Assembly (NCBI GenBank): GCA_964199315.1
Contig: OZ116700.1
Coordinates: 2,232,001 to 2,296,000, forward strand
DNA length: 64,000 nt
Direction: 5' to 3'
Source of the DNA: Orbicella franksi
Lineage: Eukaryota
The notes below the pieces were generated by a model, which had not been told where the DNA came from, searched no databases, and saw only the letters and a program-made list of their open reading frames with translations. The position numbers and the translations under genes are program-made. Below are positions 50,194-60,878 of this stretch, in pieces; the first letter of the stretch is position 1, and every line of letters begins with the position of its first letter.

Positions 50194-50294
50194 CTTATTA
50201 TTTCGTCAGTTCGCACCACACTTATTATATTTTCTTCGTCAGTTCTTATCACACTCACTTTATTATTTTTTTCGTCAGTTCTTATCACACTCAC
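50194..50294. repeat. ~35-bp tandem repeat x3 downstream of the MATCAP-like stop
   Basis: ttattatt(t)tcgtcagttc..atcacac(tcac) occurs three times. Confidence 0.8.
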
Positions 50295-50365
50295 ACGTGT
50301 ACTTTCAATGCACTTGGATCGAAGACAGCACATCCAAAAAACCCTACAGACACTAAGTTACGTTG

Positions 50366-53300
50366 CTACGACAACGGAGCGAAGGACGCAGCACTCGTAC
50401 ACAGACGTCTGTAGGTGCTGGATCGCCGGGATAAAATCCTTGGACGCGCTGTTGAAAAAGACAGACCGCTCCGTGATCTTGAAGGACAACATGAACTTCG
50501 ATCTTTCGGCGAAGAGAATGGTTTCCTTTTCCGGTCTTTTGGCCTGGCGGCATTTCGACACGAGGATAAAGGTCTAGTTATTTTCTGTATGAGTCCATTC
50601 GTTAAAGCAATTTCGTTCAGGGTTTTCTTGTAAGACACTATGTCCCTAAGGAAGTGAGGTAATTTCACGCAGTCCTGGCGCGCGATGCGCCTGATTCTTC
50701 TGAGTTCATCGCAACAGATTTTTCCCGCGTAAAGGAGCTTGAAATCGATCTCGTTGACTTGACGCAGAATCATGACAGCTCCTACGGTAAAAAGAACAAT
50801 TTGAAGGTAACTGCGTTATAATTTATTCACATTTTACTGCCAAATTTTACTGTCTGTCACTGTACACCAGAAGTCCTGGTATAGACTGATTTTAAACCTT
50901 CAAGTCTGACGGCGTGAATTTATTTTGTTCACGTGACTATGGGAACCACGTTTCGACAGGTTTCTAAGAGTATTTAGAGGAATTCTACTGATAAAAATGC
51001 TGCAATCTTATTGGCTGAGCTACTCGCAAACTATCAGCCAGTAGCGTTTTCTCGTTTGACGAGTGCGCGCACGTACACAACAGGAAAGATTCCAAACGAC
51101 AAATCAGCCCGCGCGATTTTTCTGAGGCGAAAACAATTGGGAATGGTCAGCTGAAGAAAATTTAAATAAGAATTCTACTGAAACAATTAGATTATTAGCC
51201 CTTGAGTTCTATGAGGTGATAGTTGACTCCACCTTCGGCCTCATCAACTATCTCGAGCTCATAATCTAATCGCTAATTTACTATGTTTTACAAGTTGTAT
51301 GATCTTCCGACTTCCGCGGACGCAACACAAGTTATAATTAATACAATCGTGTTCTTTCACACCCTGGACATACCTTCGAAATAGCACTGATCGTATCCAC
51401 AGCCCCCTATATCGCTACAGTCTGACAAGCAGCGCTTGGCTCGTACCACCTGCTTCCATCGCTGCTCTGGATCGTAAATGTATATTGCCAGATGCTCAAA
51501 CAGTTCCTTGAAAGACATTTCAATTGACATACACGCAGTATCTGAAATATAGCAGTGTCAAAATTACGGTAATTGCAAAGCAATCCCATTTTAGCAATGT
51601 CCATTTTTTACTCCGTTACAGATCTTTTACGGTTTGGCTAGGTTTCGCCTAATGGACTCATCCTATAATATGACCTATTTTGCGATTGAATGTTGTAACA
51701 TTTGTGAAACACAATGGATGATAAATTATTCCCTTATGTTAGAGCGAGATCGTTAATGATTTACAATGGTCATTTTCATACTGGTGGACGCATTACCCGT
51801 CCAGAACGATAATGTGTCCTCGCCGTTTTTATACTAAAGAGGCATTATCCGTCTGGACCAGGACTTGGGTAAACATTTGTAGTTCGTCGGTTATGCGTCT
51901 TTAATATAAAGACGGGCGCAAGACGCATAATACGTCTAGATGAACTATCCTTCGAAATACGTCTTGAACGACGCACTACGAGATACAGAATGTCTCGACA
52001 CATGATACGTCTTGTGCCCGTCATAACCAGATGAACTACATATGTTTGCCCAAGTTCGTCCAGACAGGGGATAATGCGTCTTTAGTATAAAAAGGCCATA
52101 TCACATCTAAGAAATTTAACAAAATTCCTGGTCTTAACGGAAGTTGATAACCACCCCCTCCCCCTTCCGCCCCGTATGCCTGTGCGTAACACAGTTTCAA
52201 GATACGTACAGTACAGTAGAGCCGGTAGAAACAGCATCTTGACTTGCGCTTGATAAATAGTGTTAATAGCCGCCAGTCCTTCTTCATTTACCCTGCCAGC
52301 GTAAGACCTGGGAGTCCGCAAATCAAACTTTTTCCTGTTGGAAAACCACGGTTGCAAACCATCATTCGTAGCACGAAGCTAATGTCGATCGAGGATCACA
52401 AGTCAAGGGCATTTGATTTAGAAGACGATTTGGAATTTTGCTGAGTTTGCTCCCATAATTGCAATAAATGGAAATCAGTGTATGGAGCGTATGCACATGA
52501 CGTCATGGCAGCCATATTAGTGTTCCAGTTAAAACAATGAAACGGCTGCCGTGTCGGTGTACCAAACTAATCCTGTGGGAGCTCAATTCTTTTCTTATGT
52601 GAACACTTTCTTTTGTCCCAATAAATTTGCATGGCCACTGGGCACGTGAGTGAATACGCTCTATTCATGACGTTTATGAAATTGAAATGATATGATGATG
52701 ATTAACAAATATTGATTAAATTAATTAAGCTTACCACCAGTTCAGTTGGTATCTGGTTCTGCCACCAGTCACTACACCACTTTCTATTAAATCCGCCGAA
52801 TATAAGCTTGCTCAGTTGCTGTTAAAAATGTTGCAACAGGCAGCTTATCTTACCGAGAAAACTTTTAATGGATAGGTTCTCTGCAGGTCTTCCTCACAAC
52901 AAAAGTATGCCACGGATTCAGGCGAATTGATGACCTTGCTGTTCATTCGCGTGTAACGCGAAGTGTGTGTGTACATTTCACTAATCGAGATGAACCGGCA
53001 CTTTGTTGGGTTTATGAGCACGTGATATCACGCAGTCGCTTCAGAAAAGTTTGGATGTGATGTATTCAGAAAGCTTGGAAATCTTAAAACATGTCCGATC
53101 GAGTAATCGAATGATCGGAAGCCTTTTTTGCTAGGTACATTTTTCTTGAAAATTGTCAAAGTGGTTGACACCTGTATAAACAACAGAAATATGTAAACAA
53201 AGAAAACATTACAGGACAATCTTGTTTACACACCGTTAGATTCTTATCTTGTGCTTCACACACAAATCTTCATTCTGTGAGCAGAAACCAAAGTTTTTAT

Positions 53301-54274
53301 CAAGAATCATTCCTTTTCAGCTGATTTTAGCAAGAAGTCGAAGAAACGTCAATTTGCAGTTCTTTGATCATCAATTCTTTGATCACAAAAGAGCAACTAC
53401 CAGCACCAGAAATTAAAACTTTTTGGCAACTCGTTGTTCCAAGGAAATTCCAACATACCCCAAGCGAAAAATATGTCGATAGCAGTCAATGTCACAGACA
53501 TAACAGATATCGACACCCGCAGTGAAGCATGAAACCACATTTTAATTTGATTAAATAAATCTCACCAAGATATTTCAAATGTAAACAAAAAAATTACTTT
53601 AAGCTCCTTATATAGACCTAATAACATATAGCCCCTAAAGACTTCAAATTTTGACTCTTACTCCAAACCAGTCAAATGAAAAGTTAGCACAAAAAGGATA
53701 CGAAATGCGTCCCAATTTCATGATCCATCAAACCTTTTATCCCATGTTCTCGAAGGTACACATTTTCATTGCTTTTCTTGAGCCACAGAGTGAATTTCCG
53801 TGCTTCCGGCCGGTTGTATCGCACATTAGGTCCCTGCCATAACATCTTTCCACTGCAGTTGAGATCGTTTGTCCAGAAAACGCTTAGCGAACCATCCAAA
53901 CCATGCGATTTTAAATACTGTAAGACTGTCTGCGATGCTTGACCAAGCGAAATCCTCTCTCCAAATGCCGCGTCCAGAAACACATCCCCACTGCCATAAA
54001 CATCTCGCACGCGTTCTAGAATGTAACGCGCTTCTTGAAAAAAATCGAATCGAATCTCAGCTTTCTTCTTGTTTATGCCCAGCCAGTCCACGGCTCCGGC
54101 AAATGTGAAGCGGGGCACCTTACCGAACTTGAGGAAATTTTCTTTTTCTTCTTGTAGATTGTTTATGTGGTCATTCGATTGGTACTTCAATGGCGTTTCG
54201 CGCAAAATTTTTACCGGCGTCTTGACCGACTGATCGGGCGCGTTGCCCATTTCGCTCTTGTCCGAGGAGGGCAT
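50366..54274 (-). CDS. MATCAP: Microtubule-associated tyrosine carboxypeptidase family protein (MATCAP/KIAA0895-like), ~441 aa
   Basis: Exons 54274-53702, 52378-52210, 51541-51374 and 50781-50366 join in frame. Motifs: HEIGTH (HExxxH), QPW, EEGLA, ALLYYT, MSFKELF, RW..VRAKR, DQCYFEG, IDFKLLYAGK and PHFLRD. The start codon is the first in-frame ATG (inference). Confidence 0.9.
51183..51270. mobile_element. Short palindromic MITE remnant
   Basis: ttagattattagc...gatagttgac / tcaactatc...ataatctaa inverted arms. Confidence 0.5.
51826..52093. mobile_element. Foldback element with ~70-bp inverted arms in MATCAP intron 2
   Basis: tttttatactaaagaggcattatcc-gtctgga...ttgggtaaacatttgtagttc pairs with gaactacatatgtttgcccaa...tccagac...ggataatgcgtctttagtataaaaa. 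Confidence 0.75.
52482..52664. mobile_element. Harbinger-like MITE (AGAGCG..TCAC family)
   Basis: Ends ggagcgtatgcacatg and cacgtgagtgaatacgctcta; internal gccatattagtgttcc / aaacggctgccgtgtcggtgtacc. Superfamily assignment is from memory. Confidence 0.6.
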
Positions 54275-54495
54275 CCCTGAATGGGACGGCAGAGAGCGAT
54301 ACACCAAAGCAATTTATCCTGACAGCATTCAGAAGTGGGATTTCACGGCGTCTCCAGCTGATTCGTCGACTTCATTTATGTGTGAACGAATAAAACTATT
54401 ACAGCTAATTACTGTCGTTATGGAAACTTTCAATCTCAATTAGTGAGCTTAGTGACCACGCGTGTACCTAGCAGGCCAGGTTACAGGCATTCAAC
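54275..54495. promoter_or_regulatory. Compact bidirectional promoter (MATCAP-like / EEF1AKMT1) with a perfect X-box
   Basis: Divergent ATGs at 54274 (-) and 54496 (+). GTCGTTATGGAAAC at 54414-54427 is a 14/14 X-box match. Confidence 0.65.
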
Positions 54496-55111
54496 ATGGC
54501 GGATTGCCAGAGTGCAAGCGACCAAAAGGTATGTTAGGGGTATGTTACAGTAACTGTTTCTGAGACGTACCCGTCACAAGTCGACTTCTTTATCAAGATA
54601 TTTTCTCGTCAGCTAGTCTTTTTTCAAACTGAAATTTCTGCTTTCTTTAGTTTGGCGTGCACAATCGATCAAATGGCTATCTCAATTCATGCTTAATTGT
54701 GCACGTGCGTCAGTGTCGTCCGAATTTTGTGTCACTTTCCTTAGCATTCGGCTTGAAAAATTGTAGAACGTTACAAAATCATCTTCTGTCTTAAAGGTGC
54801 ATGCCGTACCACATATTATGCCCGGATGATCCGATCTAGTGTTGTCCTTAGCTTTACAATGCACAGGTAGCTAGTCCAGGCACCGTACCATCCAATATTT
54901 TTTAGTGCTACGAGATATAGGCGACATTCTTCTGCTGTGAGACGATTTCAGCTGCTACAACTGTACAGTGACTTGAATATGAGGTGGTTTACAAATGAGC
55001 ATTTTCTTTGGGCCTTGCTTCCTCTAACTCTAAAGTTAGCAAGCCAGTGGCCTCGGGGTGGGGTGGGGGGGTACTTTAGGAATTTCTGGGTGGGGATGTG
55101 CCACTGGGACC

Positions 55112-55142
<31 letters not shown>

Positions 55143-58100
55143 CAGCTGAATTTTGCTACCCTATACTAGAGTAAACTCCCCAAATCCCCCCATCTATCGA
55201 CACTGTTGAGGCTGATTTGCATAAATTTAAACTTGCCGATTTGATTTTTTTATATTTTTGAGTGGCAATTCCTGGTTTCCTTAGTCTAGATCCTGGTCTA
55301 GATAAAATCGTCAACCAACTAGTCAGTTTTGTGAAAAATGATACCCTATTCTAGAGCCAAACACTCTGATTTATATACCCTATCCTAGAGTAAACTGCTG
55401 GAATACCATACCCTTAACAGCAACACATACCTATATAGCTCATATATGGCAGTGCCCACCCGGGCCAGTGGCCCAGGGCAGGGAGGGGAGTCCCCTATAA
55501 AAATGATGGGGATACACCCACAAAACAAGTCTGGAACCTTCTAGGATTTCTCTCAAAACATTCTGACATTATATGTGGAAAATAATCAGTTTACAAACTA
55601 TTATAAAGTTATACTAAAGAATATAAGCTACAAAAATCAACTGGAATTGTATGATTGCTGTGTGGGAGCCCACAGCCTGTGTGGAGGGGGGTGGGGAGGA
55701 GGGGGGGAGACAGATGATATACCACCACATTCTGAAAACTTAAGAAGTACATGCACATGGAAAACAGTTTTATTATCAGTTTGAACTTGAGACTAAAACT
55801 ATTCCAGTTGTCTTTTTGATAACTGATAAAATTATATTGGGTAAAAACACAATTGCTAGTGTCCCACTGTAGTTTACAGTGTGGCTCTCACTAAGCAAGG
55901 GTATATGGACCTTATTTACATGGATGTAGTACATATACTGGAAATCCAGAAAAGTAATTGAATATTATTGGCTCACTGTCAAAAGTGTCATTAATGATTA
56001 AATTGGCTAGTTTGATGGTCCCCAGAGTCTCCCATTTAACCTACCAACAAATTTATAAAAATTATTACTCAACATGTAAAGAACATAAGTTACTAAATAT
56101 TCAACGCTTTTCCATGTTTTGATGTATGAAACTGTTGCCTCTAGGGTAAAGAGCCAAATGGAAGTGACAATGAGAGTGATGATGACGATATCCCTCAGTT
56201 ATCGGCACATGCCTTGGCAGCTTTGCAGGAATTTTATGATGAACAGAAAACTTTAGCATCAGAAGAAAAAACCCTTAAAATAGATGAGGACTGGGTACGT
56301 TATATCAGATAGAAGACCAGGTATAGGTCTGCGTCAGGCCAATGGCCCATACTGCAAGAGCTTATTCCAGTTTCTGTAGCATGCAGTGACTAGGAGTATT
56401 ACTACTCCCCCCTGAATGGGATGCTTGGCCATCCCAGAGTTACCCCCCCCCCCCCCCCAGCATTAAATTGCCGGTACTCATTTGTACACATGGATGGTGA
56501 GAGACACTGTGAGAGTAAAGCATCCTGCCCAAGAACACAATGCAATGCTGGCCAGTGCTTGAACCTGGACCACTTGATCTGGTGCACTCACGTCAACTAT
56601 TAGGCTAATGGAGGTTAACCCTGGAATAGAGGAAAAAAATTCATCATCATCATCAGTCCTCATCACGCCATCGGATGGATAAGGCCTTCACAGTCTCTCT
56701 TCAGTGCAAACAAACAGAGGTACAGAGGAATAGAGGAAAAAATTACAGAAGGAATAACTCTCTTACAGTTTGTCACTGACAACTAAAAATTCCCTCTGTC
56801 ATAAATGGCTAAACAAATCCAGACTAATGAAGAAGCATTATCAACCAGACAAGTAAAGAGGATAACAATAAAAAGGAAATCATCAACCACCAGATTAAAA
56901 ATGTTTAATTAATATGTATACCATAAAATTCTCAGAACTCACCTTGAAAGAAATGTATGGTTACTGTAAGGAGAATTAAATCTCTGAACTTCATTCTTAA
57001 AGGGTTTAAAAAAATACAGTTAAAAAATTTTTAATTATTAAAAACAATTGTTTTATTATTCTTCTAGCAACTCAGCCAGTTTTGGTATGATTACAACACA
57101 GCTTCTGTTTTGGCAGAAGAAGCTCTAAGAGCATCAAGCAATGGCAGGTGAGGAAATTGCCCAGGGAGGGGCACAGCTTGTCCCCTTGTTTAGGTGTGAA
57201 AACTGAAGGATTGCCAAACACCATTATTTTTAGCTGTCAAAGTGTCTTTTAGGGTGTACTCAAAGAAGTAACAATAAAACGCTCTCATTTCCATTTTTAG
57301 GCTCGATTTCTGCTGGTCTCCAGTCCTGTCTACTAGCACGGGCTCCCTTCCTGAACAGTGGCTTTGGATCGAGCCTTCCATTTTAAATTTTTATCTTTTA
57401 GGGGTCAGGTTAAGCTCAGGTCACCCCAGATCGGTCTAGGGGTTTAATTCAAATTTTCCAATGAGCATCCCTGACCTTTTTGTATGGGAGTCATGGCCCC
57501 CCTCCCTTTGGGAAATTTTCAGTTAGGTTGGTGACAATATTAATAACAGACAGCTGTCAAATCCAGCACACTATTTAATCTTGATCCTCCACCTAATTCT
57601 CAGAACTGCCATTAAAAGAAGTGTTTCTTAATCAGTAAAGAAATAAACAATGTTGGTCATTCTACAATGTTCTTCTGTTTCCAGAATAGCTTGCCTTTGC
57701 GCACCAACTTTGTACAAGAAATTACTGAGCACCAAGCCTGAAGGATGTGAAGCAAAAATATTTGAATACGACAGACGATTTTCTGTGTTTGGTGAAGATT
57801 TTATATTCTATGATTACAAGAAACCGCTTGACTTACCAGCTTCCATCACTGAACACTCCTTTGATCTGGTGTTCGCCGATCCTCCTTTCCTTTCAGAAGA
57901 ATGTCTGACAAAAACTGCCGAGACAATAAAATATCTTGGCAAGGAAAAAATAATTCTTTGCACTGGTAAGGACAATTTGTTTCCAGCTCAGTGAATCATT
58001 GAGTCAGTTGCTGAGATGATTAACTCCATGATTCATGGCAGGCAGTCACTAGAGGAGTATGCTTCTCCCCTTAGATGGAATGCTATGTCATTACTGAGCA

Positions 58101-58735
58101 GCTTCTCCACCCACCCCCCCCCCCCACCTGCCTTTATTGTTAAGTTACCTCAATTGTACATTTTTATGTAGTAAACAACTCCATGTAGAGAATGATAGTG
58201 AATGTATTGTCCAAGGCCATTGCTCTTGAAGAACACAACATTAGGCTAAATAAGAAATCTAGGACACTAGCCATCTTACAAATTCACACCAGGGAGTTTT
58301 ACCTTAACCAATGGTTGGAAAGCAAACTAGACTATAATTTTCCAAAATTTCAGTTGGTTTGAGGAACTCCTGTTGTCCCCAGTTAGTATGAACTGTCAGA
58401 AAATTTCATACTATTTGTTCTTCTCTCCTATATATCCAGTCTCTAGTGTTATAAATTATTATTAATGGTACATTCTGTTACTTTGGATGGGTTTCATGAT
58501 GTTGGAAAAACACTAACCATTATACCAACCACTTTTCTTGGCAAATGGTGAACACCCCTGACTCCTAATTTCCTTACACCATGCTTTTTTTCTCTTCACT
58601 TTAGGGGAAGTTATGGAAGACCTAGCATTCAAGCTACTCAGAGTAACACCTAGTACATTCCAGCCAACACATGCTAGGAATCTGGGAAACAAATTTGCTT
58701 GTTTTGTAAATTATGATAGTGACCTTAATAAATGA
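54496..58735 (+). CDS. EEF1AKMT1: eEF1A lysine methyltransferase 1 (N6AMT2), 224 aa
   Basis: Exons 54496-54528, 56145-56294, 57068-57147, 57685-57965 and 58605-58735 join in frame (675 nt). Motifs: DDDIPQLSAHALAALQEF, EDWQLSQFWY, RIACLCAPT, FEYDRRF, FIFYDY, DPPFLSEECL, ILCTG and FQPTHARNLGNKF. Confidence 0.95.
55050..55465. mobile_element. MITE of the GGGGGGTACT...CCCGGG type
   Basis: Starts cggggtggggtgggggggtact and ends cagtgcccacccggg; internal duplicated ccctat(a/c)ctagagtaaact. Confidence 0.55.
56340..56612 (-). mobile_element. tRNA-derived SINE (MIR-like), near full length
   Basis: The reverse strand reads gtccaggttcaagcactggcc...ttgtgttcttgggcagg...ctctcacagtgtctctc...atgagtaccggcaatttaatgctgggg...taactc...gggagtagtaatactcctagtcactgcatgctacagaaactgg; homologous to 17565-17662. 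Confidence 0.75.
56642..56726 (-). mobile_element. 5'-truncated RTE-type LINE 3' end
   Basis: The minus strand encodes (W>stop)RETVKALSIRWRDED* followed by (GAT)n. An ~18-bp TSD GGAATAGAGGAAAAAA(A)TT lies at 56623-56641 and 56727-56744. Same family as 22533-22577. Confidence 0.8.
58040..58240 (-). mobile_element. Degenerate MIR-like SINE fragment
   Basis: gtcactagaggagtatgcttctcccc...ggaatgcta and ccaagg...gaagaacacaac resemble 56340-56612. Confidence 0.4.
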
Positions 58736-58933
58736 CAAAAACTGTCAGTAGATAATGCCAAGCTCACTGATGAATACTGCTATTTATACCATGGCACAGA
58801 AAAGTATAGCCATTCAGAATATAGGAAAGCCATTGTATATTCGACAGTCTTACATCAAACCTTCCCATCATGTGCTGTGTATATGTCGCATTGATTGTGC
58901 TGGCCACTGTATTTTCTATACCAAGGTATAAAA

Positions 58934-59099
58934 TAGTTATGAACACCATCTTGTGGTATAACCATGGAATATCTTACTTGTCAGTTTTTTTTTCCTGGTA
59001 TATCCACAAGTTTTTAGGCAAACTTATGTGTATAATGAGAAAATACAAGTGACTTGTGGGATATTCCATGGTATACCACGCAAAAACGTTGCATAACTA
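58934..59099. mobile_element. Palindromic MITE (TAGTTATGCAAC...GTTGCATAACTA)
   Basis: Inverted arms gtggtataaccatggaatatc...ttgtca and tgacttgtgggatattccatggtataccac. Confidence 0.75.
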
Positions 59100-60878
59100 G
59101 TATATACTAGTATATATATGAATTATTTCATGTATACTTCACATCACTAGTATATACTGTCGGAAAGATCCCAAGCTAATTGTTTCCCATCAAAGTAAGT
59201 TATGCAACACAAGGAAAAGCAACTTAAATTAAATATTTGGTCTAAAATAGTTTATTTTACAATTGCTTTCAAAATAGAGAAGCAGCAGTGAAAATAACGA
59301 TCATAACTAATTTTCATGCAAGGCAATGTTTGATGTGTTAAGAGGATGTATACAAATTCAGGCAGTCTGTCTAGTATATGTTTGGATGTAATTTTAACTT
59401 GATGTGAATTATCTTTTATGAAAATATCTAATTTACATTTTGTTGAAGAGGTGTAATTTTCTCGGTTTGTACAGTAACACTGATGAAAGGAATTATCCTT
59501 TCAGCTGAAAGAGCTCTTAAAAGTAGTGACCCTCTAAATGTACAAATTTTATGGTCATTAGCAAACCCCACAAGTAGTGACACACAGAAAGTAATAAACA
59601 TTGCAAAGTAGCAGTCATCGGAAAGAAGAGACCTCAAAGTTCATTGGACTTGAGAAAAACTGGAAATAACGGATACGAGACACTGATCCAAAATGATCTT
59701 ACATAGTTTGATTCACATAACTCATTGTTAACTAATGGTAATGTTTCTCTTTTTGGTGTATTTGATGGCTTGGCCCACTTATGGTACAAAATTTAGCTGC
59801 ACAATAGTAGAGATTGGACCCTGGAAAGTTACAACCCTCTGGAAGTAGTCACTGGAACGGGCTGGTAAATCCAAAAGTTGCGAAGGCCATTACGGTCAGA
59901 AATTTGGGAGAAGCATTTTCTAGTTAAGGTGGTTTAAGTACTGCATATTGTTTTAGACTGTACATAATTGGTACTTGTTGTTGCAGCAACAACTTTTAGC
60001 ACATGAATCACAGGCCTATCAATTCAATTTAATTTTTGCACACAAACTTTGATGAGTCTTGAAATCAATTTACTGTTTATTTGAATTTAAATTTATACAA
60101 ATGTCTACTTTTGTTAATAATAAAGAATAAAGAAAATAGCTTACCTACATATTTGTAAAACAGTTGTAACAGCCAAATCAAGAGAGTTCCCTTGCTACCT
60201 TTTTTAAAAAAATACCTGTCCTGCTTTTGCCTGATAATACTAGGATTGGTGTTGTCTTTGTTGAAAATAATCAGAAAATTGAAGACCTGAGTACAAAATG
60301 AGGTACACATGCAAATATTTTGGGACAAAAACACTTTTCCCATTTGAAGGGTTGACTGGAAAAAGACCCTACATGACATCTGATAGATGACGAGATTCCC
60401 TTCACAAATTGCTTTCTGCTTCCTTCTACGAAAAAAGGAGAATTTGAAATGAGATCAAGAGTCATTTAGGGCTTTTTTCCACACACCTTATGCATAGGAT
60501 AACCAGTGATACCAACATGAAGTGTGTTTCTGAAAAGAGTATTTGCATTTGAAACCGTCTTGGTCAGAGGAAGAAGAAACCTTAAAGCTCTAGTGAAATC
60601 CCATCTCCAACAACTGATTTGAATCTGCAGTATTTATTGCCAAAGTTGCAAAAGTATCCAGCCTCATTGTGGCTTGTGGCACTGACAGTTTTGGAGTACA
60701 TGTATCTGTACCAAAAATGGTGACTGTATGAATATCATCGTCGTAAATGTAGTAGTTACTGATTCAAGTTATGAGATGTCTATCCTCCCAAATTATGCAA
60801 TGTTAACTGTACAGTAATACACTCAAGTAGTAAAAGCTATGAACATTATTAATAATATAATAATTATAACAAAAGTGA

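Noticed and set aside
50194-50294. Repeat array as a possible CRISPR
   Set aside because: Head-to-tail repeats without unique spacers, in a eukaryotic context with no cas genes.
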